Source: a virus
Lineage: Duplodnaviria > Heunggongvirae > Uroviricota > Caudoviricetes
Strand: one strand, 5' to 3'
Length of the DNA stretch: 64,000 nt
IMG/VR virus record: IMGVR_UViG_3300019776_000583
Location: 20,162 to 84,161 of that record
A program made the translations under genes and the position numbers. A model generated the notes under the pieces. That model did not search any database. It was not told the origin of the DNA and saw only the letters and a program-made list of their open reading frames with translations. Shown here in pieces: positions 47,749 to 56,911 of the stretch (within the stretch, counting starts at the first letter, position 1; every line of letters begins with the position of its first letter).

Positions 47749-48164
47749 GCTTTGCTTTCGGTGGTGGTGGAAACGTCGCCTTCGGTCTGGGCGCCGATTC
47801 CGGCCAGGTCTTCGGGCGTCAAGCTGGTCGCCGTGCTGGCGATCAGGTCGGCGAGCGCGGGGCTGATGCCTCCGTCGCTCTTGGTCGGCGCGGCCGCGGC
47901 CTGACTTGCGATCTGGTACGGCATCCACTGGCAGTAGCTGCCGCCCGGCAGGGGGTCGCCCGGCTGAACCAGCGTGATGCCGATTCGGGTGTGGAAGTGC
48001 CCATCGTGATCGGTGATGGACAGATTCACGGTGCGCTCGTTGAGCACGAAGATCACGACCGCATGCAGCGGCTGCGCGCCGCGTCGGACCATCAGTCCCG
48101 CATCTTCACTATCGGGGATGAAGTGCACGTGGCGGCTGATGTCGGGGATGATGATGTTGGGCAC
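47745..48164 (-). CDS. Hypothetical protein (140 aa)
   Basis: GTG start preceded by AAGGA. Strong GC3 bias. Overlaps the downstream gene by 4 nt. Confidence 0.5.
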   Translation of the reverse strand: MPNIIIPDISRHVHFIPDSEDAGLMVRRGAQPLHAVVIFVLNERTVNLSITDHDGHFHTRIGITLVQPGDPLPGGSYCQWMPYQIASQAAAAPTKSDGGISPALADLIASTATSLTPEDLAGIGAQTEGDVSTTTESKA

Positions 48165-48401
48165 AAGGTCCTTTCGAGGTGGTTGATAAAGAAAGCGGTC
48201 GCATCGTATCAGAGAAAGTTGGACGCGCAACAGAAAGTTATGCGTTTGTTTTCCTCTTCATCGAGAACAGTCGCCAGCAGTGACCGCAATGCCAGCTCTC
48301 TCGGGTTCTCTGCACACCGCCTGGGAGTGGGCGGTCTGCTTTGCACTTGGCGCAGAACTTCAAGGGCCCGGGCGCCGGCGCCGTTGGGGCCGGCGGGGCC
48401 A

Positions 48402-48947
48402 TCAGTACAGGCCCGTCAGGTCGGGCTCCTTGTAGAGCTCAGACTTGCCGATCTTTCCTCCATCAAGGATCACTGGCGTGCCATCGGCCTTGAACTTCGA
48501 GAAGTTGCTGTCGGCGACCCGGCAGTCGGCCTCAATCTTCTCGAACCCGGCAAGGAAGGCGACACCGTTGCCGGTGACTTCGCTATCGCACAGAGCGTCG
48601 AGCGCCGCCTCCCGGTCGAAAATCCTGGCGATCGCATGCCTGGTCTTCAGTACGCTGGCGCATCCATCGAGATGCGCTGCCAGCTCCTGCATGGCGGTAG
48701 ACGTGATGCCGGTGTTGCTCTCGATGTAGACGCATCGCAGGAACTCCGCGAACTCCTCAATGTGCACGCCGATCTGCACCGACAGGTCAGCCTCAGAGCC
48801 GGGCTTCTTGCCGCAGGCTTCGAGCCACGTAGCCACCGCGCGTACACCGGCGCCGTGGCTGCGCCGCATCTCGATCACTGCGGGGTGCTTGTTCGCGCCG
48901 TCGACAGCAGCGAGCTGCTCGGAGAGTTCGTTGGTGATTGTGGTCAT
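48402..48947 (-). CDS. MazG-like all-alpha nucleotide pyrophosphohydrolase candidate
   Basis: Start MTTITNELSEQL. IHIEEFAEFLR and EVTGNGVAFLAGF segments resemble MazG-family EExxE-type motifs. Low-certainty family assignment. Confidence 0.5.
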   Translation of the reverse strand: MTTITNELSEQLAAVDGANKHPAVIEMRRSHGAGVRAVATWLEACGKKPGSEADLSVQIGVHIEEFAEFLRCVYIESNTGITSTAMQELAAHLDGCASVLKTRHAIARIFDREAALDALCDSEVTGNGVAFLAGFEKIEADCRVADSNFSKFKADGTPVILDGGKIGKSELYKEPDLTGLY

Positions 48948-49474
48948 TGGTACATGCCTTTCGTGAGGAAGTGGAAGTAGTGAAGGAACTCGGCCTCGGC
49001 GACGTCGTACGGCATCTGGGTGATGATCACCGGCGCCGGGGCGCCCTTGATCGACCACTCATCAGTGTCGCCAGGGAAGAGCTGGGCGCGCTCAGCGAGC
49101 AGCACGTCGTTGTCGGCCTGCTTCACCAGTGGGTCGAGCTCGTATGGCAGGCCAAAGCGGGCTGCCACCGCGCGCCAGACGCGATCCTCGAGCTCGGCGT
49201 AGTCCGCCAGAAGGCGCTTGTTGGGGCGCGTCATGTCGCGGATGAGGCCCTCGGGGGCGTCGTGCATCAGGCCCTGCAGCTTGAGGTGGTCAGGCAGGAC
49301 TTGTGCGACCAGCAGGCTGTGCTCCGCCACACTGTAGAAGCCCTCCATCTGGCCGCCGTAGCGGCACTCGCGCGAGATGCCAGAGGCCAGGTCGAGGATG
49401 TTCATGTCCTCGGGCCGCGGGTTGGCCGGATAGAAGCGACCGCCGCTTCGTGTGCGCATCCAGTCGCCACTCAT
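48944..49474 (-). CDS. HD-domain phosphohydrolase (YfbR-like 5'-deoxynucleotidase)
   Basis: VAEHSLLVAQVL...LMHDAPEGLIRDM gives an H...HD metal-binding signature. Confidence 0.75.
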   Translation of the reverse strand: MSGDWMRTRSGGRFYPANPRPEDMNILDLASGISRECRYGGQMEGFYSVAEHSLLVAQVLPDHLKLQGLMHDAPEGLIRDMTRPNKRLLADYAELEDRVWRAVAARFGLPYELDPLVKQADNDVLLAERAQLFPGDTDEWSIKGAPAPVIITQMPYDVAEAEFLHYFHFLTKGMYQ

Positions 49475-50112
49475 TGGGCAGCTTTCTTGGCCGTCGCCTC
49501 GATGAGCCGCAGCGCGCGCTCAATCTCTTGAACGGCCTGGGCGCAGCAGTACGAGCAGAGGTCTTCGAGGTCGCCATCGTTGTAGATCTCGACGTCGGCC
49601 GCAAACTTCAGCGCGTGCCGCTCGCTCTCGTGCTCTCCAGGCACGAGGCCCGGGCGGGTTACACGCACCACAATGCCGCCAAGCGCTCGAACGGCTTCGT
49701 ACTCGTTCGGAAATCGCAGGTCCTCGGTGAGGATGTCAATGTTCCTCGCCAGCCGTGGCTCGACTGCGCGTCTCCAGGCATCGACCCAGATGCTCTCGCC
49801 GATTAGGTCTCGGCCCCACTCGGTGCCGAGGGTGACCATCGCATGTCGCGGAGTCTTACCGCAGAGCTTTGGCGATGGCACCTCCTTGAGGTCGCCCTCG
49901 ATCTCCTGGTCATCGAGGCCGAAGGTGCGCAGCATGTCCTTCAGAGGGCCGGCGAACCGAATGCGCGCCGCTGGCAACGACCCCGCCAGCGTCTGCGCGG
50001 CGGTTGACTTGCCAGACCCCTTCAGCCCGCACAGCGCGATGAGTCTCCCTCGAGCGGGCTGGTTCGTTTCTGTGCTCACATCTCCTTCTTTCTGCCGCAG
50101 CGCGGCGTTCAT
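49471..50112 (-). CDS. Deoxynucleoside monophosphate kinase (T4 gp1-like dNMP kinase)
   Basis: P-loop GLKGSGKST. IRFAGPLKD, IVVRVTRPG and IYNDGDLEDLC align with T4 dNMP kinase motifs YQLAGPIKD, IHVVRPGQ and ITNDGSLEELF. Confidence 0.8.
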   Translation of the reverse strand: MNAALRQKEGDVSTETNQPARGRLIALCGLKGSGKSTAAQTLAGSLPAARIRFAGPLKDMLRTFGLDDQEIEGDLKEVPSPKLCGKTPRHAMVTLGTEWGRDLIGESIWVDAWRRAVEPRLARNIDILTEDLRFPNEYEAVRALGGIVVRVTRPGLVPGEHESERHALKFAADVEIYNDGDLEDLCSYCCAQAVQEIERALRLIEATAKKAAQ

Positions 50113-51014
50113 TCCTGGGTGGGATTCGGCGGCTTGATCTCGCCGCCCAGCGCGCGAATCAGATCCTCGATCAGCGGGCGAAGTTCCCCGGTTTCGAGGG
50201 CCACGTTGGCATCGAACGCATCGGACTTTTCGGCGCTCGTCGCGGCCTCCAGCGCCACGTCGAGCATGCTGATCTTGCGCAGCGACAGGTCGTCTGCCAG
50301 CACGAACGACACCCGCCCGGCGCGAGATAGCGCCACGCGAGTCGGCTGCTTGCCCTGGTTGATGTGGTCACCAACCTCGTCGATGTCGAGCGTGTGGCGC
50401 GAGTAGCGCACGACAGCCTTCTCGCCGTCGGGCTGCTTGAGCTCGCACTCGCGGTCCAGGCTGAACGGCTCATGGGCCTCCTTGTCGAGCAGCCAGGCGG
50501 CCATGCACGACGCGGGCGACTGGGCCGTCTGCAGAGCCGAGAACTGCACGCCAGGCAGCGCCTCTGCCAGCAGCGAGGTCAGGTCTCCGGCGCGGTTCCA
50601 GGACTGCGTGCCGATGACCACCAGGCCGTCCTGCGGGTCGATCCAGATCGCGACCTCGCTATCCTTAGGGAAGGCCTTGGGCAGGAGCTCGTGGATGACC
50701 TGCTCCTTCAGCTCCTTGAAGGACTTGCCCTTGGGGCGGCGGCCGGTGTCGGCCTCGACCTTGTCGAGCAGGACCTCGAGGTGGCGCTTGACCTCGCTGG
50801 CGGGCACACTCTTGGTCTGCGTGCGCACGGCGATGATCAGCTGGCCTCCGATCGACTCGACCAGGGTCTCGTGCTTTCCCCGTGGCCGCACGAAGCCGGC
50901 GGACTTTGTCTGGGTCGGAGCGCATGGCACGAACTCGCGCGCAATGACGCCGGAGATCAGCGCGCCCAGGTTGATGGGGCCGACTGCGCGGACGATGACT
51001 GCGTTCTTGAACAT
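50109..51014 (-). CDS. rdgC: Recombination-associated protein RdgC
   Basis: Full-length (301 aa) similarity to RdgC, including LLPKAF and the C-terminal ETGELRPLIEDLIRALGGE. Confidence 0.85.
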   Translation of the reverse strand: MFKNAVIVRAVGPINLGALISGVIAREFVPCAPTQTKSAGFVRPRGKHETLVESIGGQLIIAVRTQTKSVPASEVKRHLEVLLDKVEADTGRRPKGKSFKELKEQVIHELLPKAFPKDSEVAIWIDPQDGLVVIGTQSWNRAGDLTSLLAEALPGVQFSALQTAQSPASCMAAWLLDKEAHEPFSLDRECELKQPDGEKAVVRYSRHTLDIDEVGDHINQGKQPTRVALSRAGRVSFVLADDLSLRKISMLDVALEAATSAEKSDAFDANVALETGELRPLIEDLIRALGGEIKPPNPTQE

Positions 51015-51028
51015 GGTTCTTTCTGCTG

Positions 51029-51343
51029 CTACCGCAGCTGCTCTGGTTCGGTGTTGGTGATGGCGTGAGCCGCTTTGTGATGCTCGTCACACAGCCAAGT
51101 GAACAACATCGGCGCGCCGTAGTGCGGGTGGTGCGCCTCCGCCTTTCCGCCGCAAATCTCGCACGGCCACGGCGTCAGCTTTCCTCGAAGTATGGCTTTG
51201 TTGACCGCGTTGTGGCACCTGACCTTGTCTGCATTACGCTGCCTCCAAGCCCTGTTGGCCCTGCCGCGCGCCGCCTTACCCTCTGGTGTTTTGCCGTAGG
51301 CGCGAACGGCCGCAATGCGGTCATCACGGTTTGCATACGGCAT
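51029..51343 (-). CDS. Small Cys/His-rich zinc-finger (HNH-like) protein
   Basis: CHNAVNKAI...CEICGGKAEAHHPHY...WLCDEHHKAAH. 4-nt spacing after the SSB gene. Start chosen at M56 of the listed ORF. Confidence 0.5.
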   Translation of the reverse strand: MPYANRDDRIAAVRAYGKTPEGKAARGRANRAWRQRNADKVRCHNAVNKAILRGKLTPWPCEICGGKAEAHHPHYGAPMLFTWLCDEHHKAAHAITNTEPEQLR

Positions 51344-51347
51344 ACGA

Positions 51348-51848
51348 CTAGAAGGGGATATCCGAATCGAGGTCGTCGAAGCTAGTGCTGGACGTTTGGC
51401 GCTGCGGCGCGCGCTGAGCCGGAGCTGACGTGCGCTGGTTGGGAGCGGGCGCCCGGCTCTGCGCCGGGGGTGCCTGCCGCTGTTGAGGATCCTGGCTGCG
51501 CTGCCCACCGCCCTGTTGCTGGCCGCCGCCCTCGCCGCCGCCAGCCAGGTCGATCTCGAGCACCCGGCCCACCAGCTTGCTGCCGGTCCCGTTCTTGCCC
51601 TCGTACTCTTCGATGTGCACGTCGGACAGGATCACGTCCACCAGGCCTCCGGCGTTCAGGTACGGCGCGAGCGCTTCGGCGCGCTTGCCCCACATGGAGG
51701 CATCGACCCACTGGGTGGGGCGGTACTTCTGGCCGTCGGCCTTCTTGCCGTACGAGAAGGCGAGGGCGAGGTTGCAGACGGCGTCACCGTTGGGGGTGAA
51801 GCGAACCTCAGCGTCACGGCCGATGCGGGCCAATCCGATGACTTTCAT
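51348..51848 (-). CDS. ssb: Single-stranded DNA-binding protein
   Basis: OB-fold N-terminus, Gly/Gln-rich linker, and acidic C-terminal tail DDLDSDIPF. AAGGAAG Shine-Dalgarno. Confidence 0.9.
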   Translation of the reverse strand: MKVIGLARIGRDAEVRFTPNGDAVCNLALAFSYGKKADGQKYRPTQWVDASMWGKRAEALAPYLNAGGLVDVILSDVHIEEYEGKNGTGSKLVGRVLEIDLAGGGEGGGQQQGGGQRSQDPQQRQAPPAQSRAPAPNQRTSAPAQRAPQRQTSSTSFDDLDSDIPF

Positions 51849-51858
51849 GGTCTTCCTT

Positions 51859-52044
51859 TCAGGCGCCGAAGCGCCGCTTGTTGAACTGTTTCTTCAGCGC
51901 CTTCGTGGCGCCTCGGAGGCTGCGGGGACTGTTGAACGCGGTGGTGTCGCTTGTGGGGTGAGCGACGATGTCGCGGTCGGGGTAGCTGACTGGGACCAGG
52001 TCCTCGGCCATCCTGCGCAGCCGCTTCTGCTGCTTTCCGCTCAT
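51859..52044 (-). CDS. Small hypothetical protein (61 aa)
   Basis: Strong GC3 bias. ATGA overlap with the exonuclease gene. Confidence 0.45.
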   Translation of the reverse strand: MSGKQQKRLRRMAEDLVPVSYPDRDIVAHPTSDTTAFNSPRSLRGATKALKKQFNKRRFGA

Positions 52045-52838
52045 GCCGCCGCCTTCATCTGGTTGTTGGAGTACGGGGTGCGGAAAAAGTTCTCCATCTG
52101 CTTCACTCGGCCCGCAAATTTCAGGAGCCCAAGCTCCATCTCCTCAATGAAGCCCTCGTCCCTGTGGACGCGCTGGACGTACAGGTCATTGCCGTTGTTC
52201 AGCACAGCCAGGTCGGGCACGCCCATGATGAAGTCCCACCACTTGCGGCCCGTGATCCACATGCAACCCTGAATCTGGTGCTTGTACTCGGACAGGTCTC
52301 CGGTGCGCAGGATCGCGATGACCTTGTTCAGGTCGATCGGGACCTTGCACTCCATGCCGCCATCGCAGCCCACCAAGCCGTCGACGCTGGCCCCGAAGAG
52401 GCGGTCGTCGGTCAGGATCACACCCTGCTCGTCCACGATCACGCCGAAGCGCTCTTCGTAGCGCATGCGGGCGAACTGCTCCTGCTCTTTACCGCGGCGC
52501 AGTGCGAAGGTCTCGAAGGTGTCACCGTACGGCTGCTTGGTGATGCGCTCGATCGCCAGGGTGGCCGCCAGGCGCTCGCTTCCGGGGCTGGGATCGCCGA
52601 CCGGCTGACCGGCCAAGGCCTTGTCGACAGCGCCGGCCGATGGCTTCTTCTTGTAGCCGGCCGCGAGGCAGGCTTCAGCATCGCTTTTGCCGGCCCTGAT
52701 GGCGGCCACGTAGGTAGCCTGCTGATCCGTCAGCTCGCCAGTCATCTCGAGCGCTTGGCTGAACGTGCTGGCGGTGATGACACCGGCTCGGGCTGCATGC
52801 CACTCGGGCGTGCCCTGCTCGCAGTTGATGTGGATCAT
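52041..52838 (-). CDS. YqaJ-family viral recombination exonuclease (lambda Exo / RecE-like)
   Basis: GTPEWHAARAGVITASTF is the YqaJ signature. Adjacent to the Erf annealing protein gene. Confidence 0.85.
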   Translation of the reverse strand: MIHINCEQGTPEWHAARAGVITASTFSQALEMTGELTDQQATYVAAIRAGKSDAEACLAAGYKKKPSAGAVDKALAGQPVGDPSPGSERLAATLAIERITKQPYGDTFETFALRRGKEQEQFARMRYEERFGVIVDEQGVILTDDRLFGASVDGLVGCDGGMECKVPIDLNKVIAILRTGDLSEYKHQIQGCMWITGRKWWDFIMGVPDLAVLNNGNDLYVQRVHRDEGFIEEMELGLLKFAGRVKQMENFFRTPYSNNQMKAAA

Positions 52839-53629
52839 TTCTGCTCTCCTTGTTGGGCGGTTGTGGCTGCCGCACGTAGGGCAGCACGATGAGCGAGCGC
52901 TCGGTCCTTGAACTGCTTGGCGCCAACTCCATCGGAGGCGGCCGCAAACTCACCCATTACTCGGGCGTAAACGGCGCTGAGCTCCTTCTCGGTCTTGGTG
53001 GCCTCCACTTCTTTCGAGGCGGCCTCCACAGTCGGGCCCTTGACGCCGCCACTGGCTTCGTCAAAGGATGCGCCGTCATCGTCGACCTGTTCCTTGGTGG
53101 ACATGCCGGTGGCGGCCAGCAGCGTGTAGCGCTCCAGGTAGGTGACCGCGGAGGCGACCTGCTGGATGCTGTTCTTCTTGCCGCTGTCGTCGGGCGCGGC
53201 GTCCATCGTCACCGCCTCAGAGTGGCCGAGCTTGTGGGTGATGATGCAAGACACCACAACGCGCTGAGCTTCCTTCTTGACGTCCCAGCGGTGCGACAGG
53301 CCGTGCCGCGCCATCGCCGGCACCACCACGTCGGTGATGTCGGACAGTTCGGCGTGCTTGTAGCCGACGAAATTGCCCTGCTTGTCCGAGTAGCCGACCT
53401 GCTTGCGCTTGAAGATCTCGAGCGGCTCCGACTTGAAGTCGGTCATCGCGGCGACGAAGGCCTTGCGGGCCTCGCCGGCTTCCCAGCGCTCCTGCAGCGC
53501 CATCAGGCGCTCGAGGCGGTCCAGGTCCGCGCCCTGGGACACGGCCATCTGCAACAGGTCGGCCGGCGTGGCGGCCTTCAGAACTACCACCTGCTTGGGT
53601 GCGGCTGGCATATCGATTACTTCATTCAC
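52835..53629 (-). CDS. erf: Erf-family single-strand annealing protein
   Basis: TYLERYTLLAATGMSTKE aligns with P22 Erf SYARKYCLNGLFGIDD. AGGAG Shine-Dalgarno plus GTG start is favoured (alternative ATG at 53611). Confidence 0.7.
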   Translation of the reverse strand: MNEVIDMPAAPKQVVVLKAATPADLLQMAVSQGADLDRLERLMALQERWEAGEARKAFVAAMTDFKSEPLEIFKRKQVGYSDKQGNFVGYKHAELSDITDVVVPAMARHGLSHRWDVKKEAQRVVVSCIITHKLGHSEAVTMDAAPDDSGKKNSIQQVASAVTYLERYTLLAATGMSTKEQVDDDGASFDEASGGVKGPTVEAASKEVEATKTEKELSAVYARVMGEFAAASDGVGAKQFKDRALAHRAALRAAATTAQQGEQK

Positions 53630-53676
53630 GGGGATCTCCTGTGGACCAACAAAATGGTGACTATACAACAGAAAGT

Positions 53677-54351
53677 TTAGACCAGCGTGCGCTTTTTCTC
53701 ATGGAATCTCTTCAAAGACTCCGAGCGCATGGCGCGCTCCTCGGGTGACTGAACCCTCCCAGCTCGGGCGGCGGACATCTTCGCCCTGGTTTCGGCCGAT
53801 AAGACTCGACCCTTAGCCGCCGACGCGATCTTTGCGCGCACCTCTGGCAGCGCCATCGCGGCCCTCAGCGCCGGAAGGTACGAGGCAACTTCTTCGGGGG
53901 TCTTCTTGCACCCCTTCCTTGCGGCTGACATGCGAGACTTCTGCTGCTCCGACTTTGGGCGGCCCCGCATGTATTCACTGATCTTTGCCGCGTGCTCCGG
54001 CCTCAGTGGCACTCCTTTCTTGGCCCTCGAAATCCGGGCCTTTGCTTCGTCGGTGTGCCTCCGCCCCACGGCCCCCTCGCCGCCGTCCGTGAGGTTGCAC
54101 AACGGAGCGCCCAAGCCCCTAAAGCAGCGGACCAGAAACTTCTCGTGCTCGCAGGCCTCTTCGTTGGTTCGCCAGAGCGCGAGCACCTCGACCGCGACAC
54201 CGTGAGCCAGCGACACACTGACCCACCACCTGTTGCGGTGGGACCGCTGCCACGGCCTGCTTTTGACGCCCTTCCCGATGTAGAAGACGGCACCGTCTGA
54301 TGCCCGACGGTGCAGGTACGTGCAGAACATGCCGTCTGGTATGCGCTTCAT
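53677..54351 (-). CDS. GIY-YIG homing-endonuclease-like protein with C-terminal NUMOD3 repeats
   Basis: VFYIGKG...R...H...E is a GIY-YIG core. Repeated HTDEAKARISRAKKG / EQQKSRMSAARKG / ETRAKMSAARAG are NUMOD3-like motifs. TGATG coupling with the upstream gene. Confidence 0.65.
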   Translation of the reverse strand: MKRIPDGMFCTYLHRRASDGAVFYIGKGVKSRPWQRSHRNRWWVSVSLAHGVAVEVLALWRTNEEACEHEKFLVRCFRGLGAPLCNLTDGGEGAVGRRHTDEAKARISRAKKGVPLRPEHAAKISEYMRGRPKSEQQKSRMSAARKGCKKTPEEVASYLPALRAAMALPEVRAKIASAAKGRVLSAETRAKMSAARAGRVQSPEERAMRSESLKRFHEKKRTLV

Positions 54352-55742
54352 CAGGCGGGCTGCATCAGGCGCGCGATCTCCTCGAAAGCGTCGTAGGTGC
54401 CGAGCCACTCGGCGGCGATCGCGGGCTCGACGTCGAAGGCGCGGGCCACGGCTGCGGTCAGGCGCTCATCGTCGGGGCGCTTGGCTGCGGGCTTGGGCAG
54501 GGCGGCCGCGCGCGCAGCTTCGGCCTGGCGCTCCACCTCGAAGGCGTCGGTCTGCTCGGTGACCGGGGGCTTGACCTCCTCGGTCGGCACGTAGTGCACG
54601 ATCGTCGCGCCATTGGTGCCGGGCGACTCAGTGCGCTGCAGCTGCACTGGCGCGGCGGAGGCAAACTCAACCACGGGGGTCTCGGCCAGCAGCTTGCGCT
54701 CGAGCTCGGCATCCTCGGCCGCCTGGCGGGCTGCAGTCTCCGCGGCGCGCGAGGCAGCCTGCTGGCGCTCGAACTGAGCACGCTGCTCATCCAGCTGGCG
54801 CTGCTGCTCAGCGATGCGCTCCTGGGCCTGGCGCTCGGCCTCAGCCCGCGCAGCCTCCGCGGCGCGCTCGGCAGCGGCCGCGGCTTCGGCGCGCTGGCGC
54901 TCCTCGGCCTGGATGCGCTCAGACAGGATGCGGCGCTGCTCCCATTCGCGCTCGATGGCAGCCCGGCGCTCTTCCTCAGCCCGGCGGGCGGCTTCCTGCT
55001 GGGCGGCGAGCTCAGCGCGCTGGCGCTCCAGCTCGGCGCGCTCGGCGGCCAGGCTCGCGGCCTCGGCGCGCTGGCGCTCAGCCCGCTCCTCGGAGGCTTT
55101 GGCAGCACTCATCATCGCCTCGAGCTTCGTGCGAACCACGTCAGCCGCGGCCTCAGCCTCGCCTTGCAGCTCTGCGAAGAACTCCTTGTCGATCATCGAC
55201 ATTGCCAGGGCAACGGCAGCAGTCTCGATCTCCGAGGACGTCTTTCCGATGCAGGAGGCGGGCAGGCTATAGATCTCAGCGATGCGCTCGCGGATGGCCT
55301 TGATGCGAGCGGCTTCGGCGTCGTCGCGGGCCTTCTTCTCGGCGGCGCGGCGGTCTTCGTCGGCCTTGATCGCCTCGTCGAGCGGGCGCTCGAGCAGCTG
55401 CACGCGGGCCGCGAATCCGTCGCGCAGCTCGCGCGCCTTCTTCTGGGCGGCCAGCAGCGGCTGGTTCCAGGTCTTGTAGACCTCGTCGGCGGTGGTGCGC
55501 ACGGAGACCAGCTCCTTGCGCGCCTTGCGAGCGGCGTCGTTGCCCTTGGTTGTCGTCAGGTCGTAGACGACGTCCTTGTGACGCGCTTCGATCTGCGCGA
55601 GCGTTTGCTCGATAGGGTCGAACACCGCGAGGCCAGCGTTCGGTGCCTGGCCGGCCGCCTGCTCATTGGCGGCCGGCCCGACGACCTCCCACGGAGGGCC
55701 GGCGTCGGCGCCGGGCTCGTGGAAGCTGGGGTCGTTACTCAT
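54351..55742 (-). CDS. Coiled-coil protein with an ERQRAE-type low-complexity core (463 aa)
   Basis: AGGAG Shine-Dalgarno 7 nt before the ATG. The antisense + ORF 54300..55757 looks like GC-rich junk. Confidence 0.6.
   Translation of the reverse strand: MSNDPSFHEPGADAGPPWEVVGPAANEQAAGQAPNAGLAVFDPIEQTLAQIEARHKDVVYDLTTTKGNDAARKARKELVSVRTTADEVYKTWNQPLLAAQKKARELRDGFAARVQLLERPLDEAIKADEDRRAAEKKARDDAEAARIKAIRERIAEIYSLPASCIGKTSSEIETAAVALAMSMIDKEFFAELQGEAEAAADVVRTKLEAMMSAAKASEERAERQRAEAASLAAERAELERQRAELAAQQEAARRAEEERRAAIEREWEQRRILSERIQAEERQRAEAAAAAERAAEAARAEAERQAQERIAEQQRQLDEQRAQFERQQAASRAAETAARQAAEDAELERKLLAETPVVEFASAAPVQLQRTESPGTNGATIVHYVPTEEVKPPVTEQTDAFEVERQAEAARAAALPKPAAKRPDDERLTAAVARAFDVEPAIAAEWLGTYDAFEEIARLMQPA
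54647..55037 (-). repeat. Low-complexity Glu/Arg/Ala/Gln coiled-coil repeat region
   Basis: ERAERQRAEAASLAAERAELERQRAELAAQQEAARRAEEERR... Confidence 0.6.
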
Positions 55743-55811
55743 GAAAAGCTCCTGTGACGTGGAGCCACGAGTATACAACTTGTTGTTGGCCGCGCAAGAG
55801 AAAGTTATCGA

Positions 55812-56315
55812 CTATTTGTCGATCTGCTCGCGCGCGATCTCCACGAGGCGGGGGTCGGCCCGCGTCATCGCGTCGAGCAGCAGGCGCTTCTCTTCCAAGT
55901 AGACCCGAGCGAACTTCGGATCGTGCTCGACGATGCTCGAGGTGTTGCTGATCATGTCGGCGACCTTGATCGTCTGCACCCAGCCAGGGGCTCCAGACAA
56001 GCGCGACCGGCTGGCAGCCTTGCGAGCGGCGCGGCTACCAAGCTCAAGGTCGGACAGCAGCATGACGCTGCCAGCAACAACATCGCCGAACGCCCCGGCC
56101 AGTTGATCACGAGTCACGCCCTGGTCTTCAACGCTGTCGTGGAGCCAGGCGGTCGCTAGGTATACGTCGAGATCTACCAGGCCGGCCGGCGCAGCGGTGG
56201 CGGCAATGCCAGCCACCTCCGCCAAGTGGTCCGAGTAGGGGTTGTTCGTGTACTTTCGCCGCTGGTCACGATGAACCAATCGAGCAAAGACCATTGCTTT
56301 GATCGAAAGGTTCAC
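55812..56315 (-). CDS. SpoT/RelA-type HD-domain hydrolase (small alarmone hydrolase-like)
   Basis: HRDQRRKYTNNPYSDHLAEVAGI...AWLHDSVEDQ matches the Rel/SpoT HD signature (H...RxxGEPY..H...HD..ED). GGGAGA Shine-Dalgarno and GTG start. Confidence 0.7.
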   Translation of the reverse strand: MNLSIKAMVFARLVHRDQRRKYTNNPYSDHLAEVAGIAATAAPAGLVDLDVYLATAWLHDSVEDQGVTRDQLAGAFGDVVAGSVMLLSDLELGSRAARKAASRSRLSGAPGWVQTIKVADMISNTSSIVEHDPKFARVYLEEKRLLLDAMTRADPRLVEIAREQIDK

Positions 56316-56551
56316 GCCATCTCCCGGGGCACACGCCCAGAGCGGATACTGTCGGCGAGCTCCGTCAGCGATACCCGGCCACCGCCCTCGTCATCGGACA
56401 CCGCGCTCGCATGGTCCTGCAGCGCTCGGAAGCGGTCAGCGTCGCGCTCCAGTTCGCCGTTGCGGCCATGGGAGACGAGAGCCAGTGCGAAGACACCGCC
56501 GACACCGCCGAAGATGACGCCGACGAGAACGCCAACGAAGTAAGAATCCAT
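56312..56551 (-). CDS. Small membrane protein (79 aa, one TM helix)
   Basis: AGGAG Shine-Dalgarno. TM segment FVGVLVGVIFGGVGGVFALALV. Confidence 0.5.
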   Translation of the reverse strand: MDSYFVGVLVGVIFGGVGGVFALALVSHGRNGELERDADRFRALQDHASAVSDDEGGGRVSLTELADSIRSGRVPREMA

Positions 56552-56622
56552 GAAAGCTCCTGAGTTGTGACGCGACCCATTATCCAACAATTGCTTGGCG
56601 ACGCAACAGGTAGTTCAGGAAT

Positions 56623-56892
56623 TCACTTCTTCTTCGTGTACATCTCTGGCTCGGTCTTGCGCCATCCGCGGTTCTTGCTGGCGTCCTGGACCTTGGTGTT
56701 GCCGGGCGTGTTCTTGCCGCCCTTGTCGAGAGCCTTCACGTGAGCGACGTCCTTTCCATCGCCCTTGGTGACTTTGCCGTCGGCGATCGCCTCGCGACGG
56801 GCGGCGTTGTTGAGGACGCGCTTCTGAATGTTCGCTGGCTCGGCGTTGTAGGCCTTTTGGTAGGCGAGCTTCGCGGGGGTGGACGTCGGCAT
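56623..56892 (-). CDS. Small basic Lys-rich protein (89 aa)
   Basis: Clean GC3 periodicity from this ATG. The upstream extension of the listed ORF is not coding-like. Confidence 0.5.
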   Translation of the reverse strand: MPTSTPAKLAYQKAYNAEPANIQKRVLNNAARREAIADGKVTKGDGKDVAHVKALDKGGKNTPGNTKVQDASKNRGWRKTEPEMYTKKK

Positions 56893-56911
56893 GTGGTCTT
56901 TCTGGGATGGG

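Noticed and set aside
54300-55757. 485-aa plus-strand ORF
   Set aside because: It is antisense to the coiled-coil gene 54351..55742. The minus frame has an AGGAG-ATG start, operon coupling and sensible composition.
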